Below, one piece after another: positions 1-12,400 of a stretch of 64,000 bases of DNA. Where the stretch lies: NCBI RefSeq assembly GCF_006345805.1, contig NC_042999.1:169632001-169696000 (forward strand). Direction: 5' to 3'. A program made the position numbers and the translations under genes. The DNA is from Octopus sinensis (lineage: Eukaryota). Below the pieces are notes generated by a model. That model made no database searches. It saw nothing but the letters and a program-made list of their open reading frames with translations, and was not told the DNA's origin. The number at the start of each line of letters is the position of its first letter. Position 1 is the first letter of the stretch.

Positions 1-365
1 CACATCAGTAGCATAGAAAGAATGTATTTACATTCTTTGTTCAACCACAGAGAGGCTTTGTAAATTTTAAATTCCTTCCAGTTCTGATTTACACTACATT
101 GTGCATAAAATAGAAAGATCGATAGTTTAAGCCAAGTCAGTTCTAGCTTTCACATCTTAAATACAGCAGATTATTCTACTTGCTAAATGCTAAGGCTTTC
201 ATTTTACAGTTACAATTACGTATTTCAAAGACTATCAAGTTATATATATACACTTGTTCCCACAAGATGAAGAATTATATTTTTAAGAATTAGATTTTTT
301 TAAAAATTCATTTGGTTTGTAGTTGTATTAATAACATGTCTTTGATTTTCATTTTTTTTTTCCAG

Positions 366-497
366 CGTAAATTTGGTAGCTGTGAACATGGTGGCTATGG
401 GCTTGGTCTGGAGCGGTTCCTCTGCTGGCTTCTCAATCGATACCATATCCGAGATGTGTGCCTGTATCCACGTTTCATTGAACGATGCAAACCTTAA
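366..497 (+). CDS. NARS1: Last coding exon of cytosolic asparagine--tRNA ligase
   Basis: Polypyrimidine acceptor (tttttttttccag, AG 364-365), then [43 protein letters not shown] and TAA at 495-497. This is class IIb aaRS motif 3 (GxGLGLER) and closely matches the recalled human NARS1 C-terminus. ATTAAA at 531-536 is a possible poly(A) signal. Confidence 0.95.
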   Translation, partial: RKFGSCEHGGYGLGLERFLCWLLNRYHIRDVCLYPRFIERCKP

Positions 498-684
498 TTC
501 TGACCTGTTGACTATAATCTTTTCTACATAATTAAAATGTAATTCTTAACTTGAAATGCAGCGCTTCATAGAGAACTTTCCAAACCTTACCTTTTATGAA
601 CTTCATTTATTTAACCGTAATCATTTCTTTTCTGTTTTTATTAACCAATCTGATAAATACTTCTCAGAAATTATTGCCTTGCTA

Positions 685-686
<2 letters not shown>

Positions 687-723
<37 letters not shown>

Positions 724-757
724 TATTATCATTATTATTATTATTGTTGTTGTTGTT
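687..757. repeat. (TAT)n/(TGT)n microsatellite
   Basis: Directly visible. Confidence 0.95.
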
Positions 758-3285
758 AAGGTGGTGAGCTGGCATGCGGACAAAAAGGCTTAGCATTTCG
801 TCCATCTTTAAAATCCAACTTCAAATTCTACCAAAGTCAACTTTGCCTTTCATGCTTTCAGGGTCGATAAAATGAGAGCCATCTGAGCACTGGAATCAAT
901 TCAAATGACTAGCAGCCTTTCTCCCAAAACTTCAGGCTTTGTGTCTATAGTAGAAAGAATTATTATTATTATTATCATTATTATTATTATTATTATTAAG
1001 GCAGTGAGCTGGCAGAACCATTAACAGCAAACTGATAAATCAAGTACCAGTCACGTACTGGGGTCAATGTGATTGACTATCTCTCCACCACCACCACAAA
1101 TTGCTGGCCTTGTGCTTATCATAGAAAGGTTACTACGACTACAGTATTTTTTTTTTTGGCTCTTTAAATTGTCATTTCAAATTCTGCCATGGTCAACTTT
1201 GCCTTATGTCTTTTGGGAGTTGATAAAATAAAGTACCAGTCAAGTACTGGGGGTGATTTAATTGGCTAAACCCCTTCACCAAATTTCTGGCCTTTGTCTA
1301 TGTTAGAAACTATTATCATGATTGAGCTTAATCCCACCCGGGTTGATAAAATGGGTACGAGGTTAATATAATTGACTTTTCTCTCCCCAGAAATGTGTAA
1401 TCTTGTGCTTAAGATAAAAATCAAACACTTGACATTCTTTTCAACAAACAAGAACTTAATTTACAATAATTAGAAACAGTTAATTAGCAATAATGTTCAC
1501 ATTTTAGCACTGATGGAGATTTGATAGCCAATTAATGCATTGACAGATGAGTGTATATGTATGATTTTAAACAAGCGCATGTTGAGTTAAATATTAGTCT
1601 GACATGACATGCAGCTATGGCAGTTTACTGCTTGGGTAGGATGGAATCAGTGAATTCCATTCCACTTAAAGAGCAAAATATGGCATGGTGAGAGGTTAAG
1701 CATCAGAAATGTCCCAGTCTAACTCTTCGATGTTTTAGGACAGCATTGCATTTGAATAAACCTTGTTTCTTGGATGCAAGTCTGCCAAGCCTACTAAATT
1801 AAATTACACAAAAGACTGCATATAAAATATACTTCAAAAATATATAATCTGATTTAATAAATTTTGTGGTCATTCTTAATAAAAATTTTGGTCTTAGAAT
1901 GGTAGGTAAAAAGAAAATGTTGGAAAAAAACATTGTTATTTCTTAACTGATAAAGGCAGTAAGCTGGCAGAATTGTTTGCGTGCTGGACTTTGCAGTTTT
2001 ACATTCTGAGTTCAATAACGGGATAAACGGGATTGATGTTATCAACTAGCCCTCCCCCCCCAAAATTTCAGGTCTTGTAGAAAGAATTATTTCTTAGCTC
2101 ATAATTATAATGATAATAACATATTTGACCAGAAATGTATTAAGAAAACAATTAATTTAAATATAAATGATAAAGGAACCAATTAATCATTTTGCAAAAA
2201 AAAATAAAGGTAGTAACCTTGACTATTTTTGGCTGTCCTCTTTCAAACCCAGTTGTTTCTGACGTGTAAATTGAAATACTAATTATTTCTAGCATCAAAA
2301 TATGGTTCTGTATGACTCCACACCAGAATGTATGACACTCACTAGAATCACCTTAGTAACGAAATGTAATGCATACATCCTTGTCCAATGTTTGCTTATT
2401 ATTCTAGGTTTTCTTCTTCGGTTAGCTATGCCCATTATCAGTGTTAATGCTAACAAGGTTTGGTGGTCCATTGTTTTTTTCTTTTTCATCTCACTTTCTC
2501 TCTTCTCCATTGGGTAAGTGATGGAAATATTGTAACAAAGAAATGTAAAAACGATTTTGAATGAATAAAGAATAATTTCTGATCTAAAGTTACTATTGTT
2601 TTCTGACTAAAAATAAAAACACAACAAACGTAGACCTAACTGCACACTTTCTCATACACACAATATTTGGGATCTTTTCCTTTTGATGGACGGAATTTTC
2701 TAGTTAACTAAACAATTTGTAACAAGGTCTCAGGTGGACAAACACAAAGGTAGGCAGTGAGTGATGGGAAAGTAAAAAAGAAAAAGAAAATTTCAAAAAT
2801 CTTTTCAAGGATCCAGTTAAGGATCAGTCAAGTACAAAAAAAGAAAACCATCCAATTTATTTATTGATTTAAACTAGTTAAAAAGAAGATTGAAAAAAAT
2901 GATATTTATATAAACTTAACATGAGTTACTGTACTTGTGTATTTATAAATATAGTTAGCATTAAGCAAAAAGGGGGTGTATAGAGAATGTTACTTAAGAT
3001 CCTAATCAAAAACATTTCACTTTATAGTTTCCTCGGTTCTGTACCAATATATATGTCCAATAAGGTGGTGAGCTGGCAAAACTGTTAGCACGCCGGGTGA
3101 AATTCTTAGCAACATTTAGTCCATCTTCATGTTTTGAGTTCAAATTCTGCAGAGGTTGACTTTACCTTTCATCCTTTCAGGGTTGATAAAATGAGTACCA
3201 GTTGAGTACTGGGGTCAATGTAATCAACTTACCCACTCCCCTGAGCTTGATGGCCTTGTGTCAAGATTTGAAACCAATAGATATG
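757..3285 (+). mobile_element. Cluster of family C SINE copies (AAGGTGGTGAGCTGGC head) downstream of NARS1
   Basis: Copies or fragments at ~757-960, 998-1130, 1180-1320, 1955-2090 and 3061-3285 share GAGTTCAAATTCT and GTTGACTTT(A/G)CCTTTCATCC...GATAAA. Other copies at ~8335-8500(-), 42540-42745(-) and 61385-61590(-). Confidence 0.75.
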
Positions 3286-3479
3286 TCCAACAGTAACATC
3301 TTCAGGTAAAAGAGTATTTATGAAATAAAAAGGTCTACTTACTACAAATTGATATATAATGCACTCTCTGGTACCTATTAAAGAAAAAACACTTACCTTG
3401 CTGCATCGGAAAAAATACTTCTGCTAAAAGCATAGCTGGTCATCACAACATTGCAGAAAGAACTGATATTTTAAGTACA

Positions 3480-4130
3480 CAAAACCCTGATATAACATTA
3501 AATGACAACAAACCAAGCATTTCATATGACCACTGGATTGAAACTGATGTTGGAAGTGTAATTAAATCTATAAATGATTCCTTTTCTACCATTAATCACC
3601 GATCTCCATTACAATTCTTGAACAATTCTTTTTCTGTAATTGAATAAAAATGTCACTTTTTCAGTTTGATAACTACAATGATATTCTTCCATCCAACCAC
3701 AAGAAAATACTCAGTATTGTAATTATGTGAAATTGATAACAACATTGAAACAACTGGCCATGAAAACAATCTTACAAAAAAACATGTATTCTTTAATTAC
3801 ACAGCAGGGATAAAATTGGTGAAATGGGAATACACAACTTTTTGACATTAGTATGGGTGCCAAGAATGCCACTGATGTTAGCAACTTAGTTGGCCTTTAT
3901 AATTATTGATTGAAGTTCCCACAAATATCTTTAAGTTTTTATAAAGATGATGGTCTCATCATACTTAGAAACTATGATATACAAAAACACAGTCCAAAGA
4001 GATTTTATAGCTTTTTTAAGAATTAAGTTTCAAAACCACTACAGAAAATCAACTCAAAAAATACAATGCATTAAAAACATTCTCTAACCACCCAAAGAAA
4101 ATTATTAGTCTCATCCATCAGAATCTCAAC
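3480..4130 (+). mobile_element. Degenerate Penelope-like reverse transcriptase fragment
   Basis: FDISMGAKNATDVSNLVGLY (from 3841) and FYKDDGLIILR (YKDD from 3940) resemble the FDVTMGS...ELVGLY / YRDDGL motifs of PLE RTs; stops and frameshifts present. Boundaries approximate. Confidence 0.65.
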
Positions 4131-6045
4131 TATCTTTAAAGAAAGTGTACATAGTTAAATGGCAGTGCCCCAGCATGGCCACAGCTCATGAGCTGAAACT
4201 AGAATCAATCAATCAATCATAGTTATGATGAAACTCAAAAATGCTATTTACAACTGGTTTATTTACAGGAAAGGGTTAAGTGTGCTGCTCTCAGCTACCA
4301 TCTCTAGCTGTGTGTGTTGTGTAGTTCAGGCTCCGTTAGTGCGGGGACATTGCCTCTGCAGATAGACAGGCAGAAAGCCTCGGCCAGTGATGGTCTTCAC
4401 AAAGAGGCACCAAAAAGAGAGATTTGAATCGGGTTTTCCCTTTACATGGTTCTCCATCACAATCCTCGTTGTGATCTCGCGCATGGCAAATGGATGCGGG
4501 TGAGGTCTTGCTCCAGTCTCGGAGATGGCAATGGCTGCAGCGAGATCTCATCCAATATGACGCTGACTGCTTGTGCTGCTACAACTTCATTAGAGTCTCA
4601 TTTCACCTGGCTATTCCACTAACTTACCTTTGCAATCATCCAGTTAACGTAACCAACCAACCGACTGACTAGCAACTACATTTGTCCAACTGTTATTTCA
4701 CTGAAAAATTATTGCTATGAAGAGATTGAAAAGAAAGAGGCAACACATGAATGTTTGGACCTTCAATCGCTCCATAAGCTACAGAGAAAACAAAATAGCA
4801 CACATCATGGAAGCAGGAGTGTAAGAGTTAGCAGTTCCTTCTCTAAGCTTGGATTCGAAATCGAATCCAAGAATGATCGGTCGTCAAATACCAATGCACG
4901 TTTAGGCGCGAAATTAAGATTCCTTTGTTCTGACAAAAAGTGATTGATCGTTTCCCTTTGACCTCCGACTTGAGCCATGTCAGGCGAAGTTCAAGTGGAC
5001 GAACGATGACCTACTTAAACAGTAACTTTGTTGCGATATATCTACTTTTCTGGCTGTTTGAGATTTTATAAATAGAAAGGGAAAAACGACTAGAGACACA
5101 GACAATCGGAGCTGACGCTCAAGCAGACACCCCGCGTTTTGGAGACGACTAGAGAATATGCCTACAGGTTACTGTCCTGAATGATTTACTCACACACGCA
5201 AACATATTCTTCTTTAATATGTATTCTGTACAAGCAATGCGTAGCATTGCTTACAAAATTTATGTAGTGTAAATAAATCTCTATTTAATCACAAAACAAC
5301 TTAAGTATTTATTAATACACACACACATCCACTACAGGAGCAATACACAAATCTATTTTAATACAAAAGATGTGTGTACATGTACACACACACACAAGTA
5401 ACTAAGTGCATATGTTTACAATTTACAGTTTACAGATTGTGACAGGTTTTAGCTGAGCTACAAGCAACGATGTTGCTGGAATGCAACTGGTAACTTTTCC
5501 TCTCAACAAAATGCTGCTTGCTCAGTGGATATTCCTCTAGCTGTGGATATTTGAATGTTTCTTCAATATCTTTATTTAACCTAATATGTGTTCATTAACA
5601 TGGTTGGAGATGGTTAGTGTCATTCTTATGTAAACTAAATGAAGAATATCCTTTTTTAAAGTCTCCAAGAGGAATAGCCCAGTGAAATCACACAAATGAT
5701 CCCATGTTCACATTGGCGGTACCCTCTGGATTTGGCTTTTTTTCTTACCTAGGCTGCATCCTTATCAAAGAGTAGGGTTTTCCTGGTATAGTATATGAAG
5801 GCATATGACCCAGCGGTTAGAGTGTTGGGCTCACAATCATGAGGTATTGAGTCTGATTCCTTGAGCAAGACACTTTCACATTGCTCCAGTTCACATTTTG
5901 GAAACCTGCAAATTAGATAAAATTCTTCAAAATCTGCTTCATGTGTGATTTTATATACCCATCCCTTCATGGTTTGAAAGAATTTGCTCATTCACATTAA
6001 AGCTAAACTGTTCTCAGCATTTTGCAGTGGATATTTGCTTAGATT

Positions 6046-6415
6046 GTGGAGGCACAATGGCCCGGTGGTTAGGGCACCGGACTCGCGGTTTTGATTCCCA
6101 GACCGGGCGTTGTGAGTGTTTATTGAGCGAAATCACCTAAAGTTCCACGAGGCTCCGGCAGGGGATGGTGGTGATCCCTGCTGTACTCTTTCACCACAAC
6201 TTTCTCTCACTCTTACTTCCTGTTTCTGTTGTACCTGTATTTCAAAGGGCCGGCCTTGTCACTCTTTGTGTCACGCTGAATATCCCCGAGAACTATGTTA
6301 AGGGTACACGTGTCTGTGGAGTGCTCAGCCACTTACACGTTAATTTCACGAGCAGGCTGTTCCGTTGATTCGGATCAACCGGAACCCTCGTCATCGTAAC
6401 CGACGGAGTGCTTCC
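6046..6415 (+). mobile_element. tRNA-derived SINE (family A) with 12-bp TSD
   Basis: A-box TGGCCCGGTGG and B-box-like GTTTTGATTCC; TSD ATTTGCTTAGAT at 6033-6044 and 6416-6427. Confidence 0.88.
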
Positions 6416-6673
6416 ATTTGCTTAGATGAAATCTGAGATTAAGGATAGACTCTTGTATTTGTGAAATGCATACAAAAGCCTATGAATTGGTCTCATATAG
6501 TTTACTGTAAAACACCATGTGTAATTTTGCTTTTCTTTTCCTTGTTTCAGTCATTGGACTGTGGCCATGCTGAGGCACCACCTTGAAGGGTTTGACCGAA
6601 TAAACTGACCCCAGTACTTACTTGTTTTTGAAATCTGGAACTGCCAGTTGTCAAGCTGTGTGAAGACAAACAC

Positions 6674-7447
6674 GATGATGATGATGATGATCATCATCAT
6701 CGTTTAACGTCCGTTTTCCGCGCTAGCACGGGTTGGATGGTTCGACCGGGGTCTGGGAAGCCAGGGGCTGCACCAGGCTCCAGTCTGATCTGGCAGAGTT
6801 TCTACAGCTGGATGCCCTTCCTAATGCCAACCACTCTGCAAGTGTAGTGGGTGCTTCTACATGCCACCTGCACAGGTGCCAGGGAGGTCCGGCATCGGCC
6901 ACGATCGGTTGGAGCTTTTAACGTGCCACCGGCACGGAAGCCAGCCAAGGCGGCGCTGGCAACGGCCACGTTCAGATGGTGCTTTTTATGTGCCACCGGC
7001 ACAGAAGCCAGTCGGGGCGGCGCTGGCATCGGCCACGTTCGGATAGTGCTTTTTATGTGCCATCGGCACAGGTATCACAACTACTATTTCCATTGATATT
7101 TATTTCGATGTTCATGTACTTGACTCAACAGGTCTCCTCAAGCACAGCGGGACGTTCTGGAATCCAGGGTACTTTGAATGGGCAGGGGCTATGCAGAACT
7201 GGTACAGGAAGCAGCCTGGATCTTTGCAGTGACAGCATATCTCCAGAGATCTCAGTCCTTCGCCATTGCCTCAGTGAGGCCCAACGCTCTGAGGTCATGC
7301 TTGACTACCTCATCCCATGTCTTCCTGGGTCTACCTCTCCCCCTGATACCTTCAACTGTTTGGGAGTGGCACTTCTTCACACATCTCTCCTCATCCATCC
7401 GCAGCACATGACCATACCATCGCAAGCGTTGCTCTTGCACACCACAT
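6674..7447 (-). mobile_element. 5'-truncated RTE LINE (RT C-terminus, 3' UTR, (ATG)n tail)
   Basis: RRLRWYGHVLRMDEERCVKK...RGRGRPRKTW; near-identical to 21569-22320; CGGACGTTAAACGATGATG tail. Confidence 0.93.
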
Positions 7448-7560
7448 AAAATAAAAGGCAAAAGTTTCAAATAGCTCAGTGGTTTCCTTAATTCCATCGT
7501 TACATAACTAATATATTTAGATTATGAACCATTTGTGAAATTTATGCTTTACAGCGGGGC

Positions 7561-7929
7561 TGACTTATTAACTGAACTCTTAATTACAGTGGATATATAT
7601 TTTTATGTTTTGTATATCAATTCTGTCGTTCTCTCTCTCTCTCTCTATATATATATTATACACACACATACAACAGGGTGCTGAAAAGTTCCTGGCTTCA
7701 GGGTGCCACAAAAGGACTTAGGAAAGCTGAGGAGCTGCTGCAATAAGTGTGTGGAGTTGGGAGGGTGAAATTATGCTTTCAGCTTCTTATTCTAAATATG
7801 CTGTTCTTTTAAAGATTGTTTTAGCTGATTATGTAAGTTTTTCCACCTGGATTTACAGCAATGACTTATTAACTGAACTCTTAATTACAGTGGATATATA
7901 TTTTTATGTTTGTATATCAATTCTGTCGT

Positions 7930-7961
<32 letters not shown>

Positions 7962-8066
7962 CACACACATACAACAGGGTGCTGAAAAGTTCCTGGCTTC
8001 AGGGTGCCACAAAAGGACTTAGGAAAGCTGAGGAGCTGCTGCAATAAGTGTGTGGAGTTGGGAGGG
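7561..8066. repeat. Direct duplication of ~205 bp (7561-7765 and 7862-8066, period 301 bp)
   Basis: Near-identical copies differing mainly in (CT)n(TA)n length; each contains CAGGGTGCTGAAAAGTTCCTGGC, resembling a mariner-type terminal repeat. Confidence 0.93.
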
Positions 8067-8840
8067 GAATATGTTGAATATAATCAGATGTATAACAACA
8101 TCTGATAGTCTGATTGGTCATGTGATCACATGGCATATATGATGAGCTTCTAATCAGTTTTTGTCAACCAAATTCACTCATACTGTATTAACCTGCCTAG
8201 GGCTACAGTAGAAGGACTAAACCTGAAACCACACAAACATGCCTGCACCTTACACTCTTTTTCTATTCCAAAATCAAGATTAAAATTAGAGTGGAGTTTA
8301 ATGGGTTCAAATTCTGGCAGACGGCCAGTAATTTTAGGTGTGTAGGGGTGGGGGGTGTAAGCCTACATTGACTCCAGAGCTCAACTGGTACTTTATTTCA
8401 TTGACCTTAGCTGCATTTGAACCAGAATATAAAGAGCTGCAAGAAATGCTGTTAAACATTTTGTCTGATGTGCTAACAATTTTGCCAGCTCGATACCTTA
8501 GAGGGGAGTTTAAGATATGATTTCTTATTTTTTAGACTTTGGATTTGATCAATATCTTATTTATAAAAAGCTAAAAACTAATATATTAGATTATCCCCTT
8601 TTGTAACAGTTGTGCAACAAGCATATTATATATGGGATTTTAAAAGTTTTAAGAAAATGTTGACCCCCAAAATTGGGATGTGTATTACACATAATCATCA
8701 TAGTAGTTATGTGAATAAGTGGCTAATAATTTAATTAAAATTACTCATGTAATGAAAATAACATTCATTAGCTTTACTGATTAATTTTTGTAAAAAAGAA
8801 AAAAAATGGTATCTCGGCAATTGAAATTTATTATGGAGTG

Positions 8841-10424
8841 TGTTGTAATCCTCTGTTGGAGTTATAACGCCCACTCCAGTATAGCAGTATAGTTAGTTAG
8901 GCAAGACATGACTATTTAATGACGGACACTACAACACAGTATTTATAATGACTAACACATACCACTCATGTGGGAGGGGTGTTCCATTATTACTATTATC
9001 CCCATAACATCTCCCTTTTAAGTTTTTCTTTTTTCTGAGGGAGTGTAATTTTATCTCTTTTATTAGCAACACATTTTTTGCCACCCTACTTCCCTTTTTT
9101 GAGGGTTTTTTTTCATACAGTTACACAATAATTTTTTTCATTTGGCATCGTATCCATTACTTGTTGAAATATAGAATGAGCCACTTTTACACCAAATGGA
9201 AGCCACTTGAATTTAAATAAGCCACAGTGTGTATTAATGGCTAATAAGTGTGAGCATTCTTATTCTACTTGGATTTATAAACATACCCCCGAGAGGTCTT
9301 CATTTTGAGAATTTCTCTCCATTCCATTTTACGAACACATCCTCAGGACTCGGCATTAAGCAATCATTTAACCCCGTTGAAAAATCTGCACAAACTCTTC
9401 ACTCATTTTTTTTCTCTTTTATGTAGACCCAATCTGAGTGGTCCATTTTCTTGATTATTCCTAGGCTTTCAAGTTTCTTATTTACCTGTTCTAGCACTGC
9501 GAAAGTACATTCCATTTTGGCTTAAATATAGGTGTTGCATTTTGTTTTACTATAATTTTTGCCTTCTTTTTCGTGCAGCAGCCCAGTTCATCCGAGAAAA
9601 CATCTAGAAACAGATATTTTATTTATTGCTTTAATCCCTCAGTCACACTTGAACCTTTGACTAAACCAACTATATTCCCACACAAAACACTTTTGGGCCT
9701 ATTTGACAATTTCAACAGTTCTATCCAATCGGTGCCGAATAGATTTACTCAATTTTTTGGACATACTTTTGCTTTTTCATTTGGTCACGAAATGTCACAT
9801 TACACACAAATTCACTTACAAAATACAATCTTTTACCCGTAACACCATAAGCTACTTTTGTAGATTTACTTAATTTCGGTTTACCAATATACTGCCAAGT
9901 TTCTTCATTCACATTACTAATATCATTTCCAGTATCTTACTAAATTTTTACTCTTATATTTTAAATTTTCACATTTACAAATTTCCTCTTTGTCACCATT
10001 TTCCTTCGATGACAGCTTGTTTATTCTTTTGTCTTTGCTCCAACATTTTGTTGTCTTGGTTTCCATAATGGAAGGATTCTGCTTCCTTAAATGGTCAATT
10101 TTTTTCTCAAGTGTAGATCTCCACATGCAAAACATGGATTTGTTTCCTGATTTTTGTACTGCATTTTAGTACACACTTAATTTCTATTCTGCCTGTTTCG
10201 TGTTTTCCGACACACTTGTTTCATTTGGGAGCAATCTTTTCGTTCAATTTCCTCCATGTTGTCTTAAATTTACTATTCTTTCGCACTCTTCTGACACTTG
10301 TTGTAAGATGACTATCTAATCACCAACTACTCGACTGACACAACACACAGTATTTATAATGACTAGCACATACCACTCATCACGTAGGAGGGGGTGTTCC
10401 ATTATTACTATTATCTCCATAACA
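8841..10424 (-). mobile_element. Internally deleted Ty3/Gypsy LTR element with both LTRs
   Basis: TG...CA direct repeats at 8841-9009 and 10299-10424; polypurine tract AAAAGGGGAGA next to the left LTR; AGTGTCAGAAG PBS-like motif next to the right LTR; RT remnant AINTHCGLFKFKWLPFGVKVAHSIFQQVMDTM (~9147-9250); flanks gagtg/gattg. Confidence 0.85.
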
Positions 10425-11777
10425 GATTGATACGTAAGAGTATGCAGTGGGGAGCAAGTCTGATCTTTGGAAAGTACAATAATTCTAAGCATACTTCAAT
10501 CTTATTAGATTTCTTTAGTGAATCAGTCTTACTCTTATGTATCAGATCAAAGTCAAAATGTATCAGTTTAACTTTTCATCATGAGAAGACATGTGAAGCT
10601 AAGTAAAACCATGGCCATTCATACCTACAGGCATGTCCTTTATGGACATTCCCTCTCCCAGCTGAGAGGTCTTTGTCTTGCAGGTGCCACTGCCATGTAA
10701 AATGCACTCCTGCTGGTGTCATGCAAAATGCATGCATGATGGTGCTATGTAATTGCACCTGTGTTGGTGGCATAAAAAGCACCCAGCACATTTTGTACAG
10801 TGGTGGGTGCTAGGTAGAGCATCCAGTCATAGAAACCTTGCAAAAAACCAGTCAACTGGAGCCTGGGCAGTTCCTGTCAAACCGTCCAACTCATGCCAGC
10901 ATGCTAAAATGGATGATAAATGATGGAGGTGATGATGATGAATCAAGAAAAAAAAAAATCCAAATTTATTACCATTGTTTTAACATTTGTTTTTCCATGT
11001 CCGCATGATTGAATGGCTTTGCAGATAGCAAACGTCTGCATGTCTCAAATCCTGTGTCACACCATTTTAAGATACAACCTCACTCCTCCTTTCAACATGT
11101 GCAAAGTTAATCAAAACATTTTACATTGTAGCACAAAATGCTAAAAATAGCAACCAAACCTACCTCAATTCACATCTTACTACCTTAAGGGAAGGCTGGA
11201 TACTGTGGTCCTAGTTTGCTTATGGACTCCTTTGATTCCTATTTTACTTGGGTGGAGCCACACAGCTATTCAAGGTTTAAAAAATCCAATTATATTTTTA
11301 TAATTAAACATTATTAAGAACTGTATAAAAAATTGTTAAAATATTCTGTGTAAGGTAAAAAGTATAACCAGTTTATTGTACATAAATTTTAATAACAAAA
11401 TCTTATATGGACTCCAGTGCAGAACCACTGCTACAAGTGATAAAAAGATGGGATGGTCACATTTGGAACCACTTTGATCATAAATTTGCTTGTTTAACAT
11501 TCACCTGGGAGTCAAGAACATCAACAAACTTCTACCACTGGTACCCTCAATTCACCCAGCAGTCACTATCTACTGACTCACAGAGCCGTACCAGCACAGT
11601 GGATTCTCCAGTGTTATTGGCTGGTAACGGACATAAAACATCCAGGCACAGTTGATTCCCCATTGGCCGATGGAAGCCTCTTATGACCCTAACACTTTCT
11701 CACCTCATTTGAGGTCTGCTGTCATGCAAGTTAACACGAAAAATCCAATGACTGATTGTACACAATTCCCGTCTCCC

Positions 11778-11878
11778 TAGCCTTTACGGGTAGCCTTTAC
11801 GGGTAGCCTTTACGGGCAGCCTTTACGGGTAGCCTTTACGGGCAGCCTTTACGGGTAGCCTTTACGGGTAGCCTTTAC
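11778..11878. repeat. 13-bp VNTR (T/C)AGCCTTTACGGG x7.8
   Basis: Seven full units plus 10 nt; units 4 and 6 start with C. Confidence 0.97.
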
Positions 11879-12307
11879 AACCCGGTGTTTCATGTCTCAT
11901 TTCCATACAGCTTCATATTCTTTCAAAAAGGAAAAAAATTTCAATTAAAATTAAAATTTAGGAAATTCCATGGAGGAATACCATGGCTCAACAATTCTTT
12001 ATTTTGAAATGCCAAAATGGCAACGATATATATATATATATATATATATATACGAAATAAAATAAAATGATAATAATAATAATTTATATAGAATAATGAT
12101 GAGTGTACAGTTGCTTGTAATAAATGAGTAACAAGTGTATTAGATCAGAAATTATAACAGTAGAGCCAAGTGTTTAACAAATATTGGCTTATTGTGGAGA
12201 GACTGACGAGGCAACAAACGAGGAGAATTTCATTAAACATCATGCACAGAATGAAATCAAAGAGAAAGTGAGTGGAGGTGATCGAAGGGAAGTCGGTTGT
12301 TGGCAGG

Positions 12308-12400
12308 TCATTGATCAAAACACTTCAGAATTGTTTCAGTCTCTCTTAATCCACTCCAATAAGCACCAGCCAGTGACTGTGGAAACTGCCGGCAGGTGGC
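12308..12400 (-). CDS. KDM1B: KDM1B terminal coding exon (ATCRQFPQSLAGAYWSGLRETETILKCFDQ*)
   Basis: tttcag|GCC ... TGA (plus tca 12308-12310); matches human ATNRHFPQTVTGAYLSGVREA. Minus-strand AATAAA candidates at 11998-12003 and 11372-11377. Confidence 0.96.
   Translation of the reverse strand, partial: ATCRQFPQSLAGAYWSGLRETETILKCFDQ

Noticed and set aside
6046-6120. tRNA genes at SINE heads (also 25018 and 26393)
   Set aside because: A/B boxes are present, but no complete cloverleaf; each head continues into a SINE body and two copies have TSDs.
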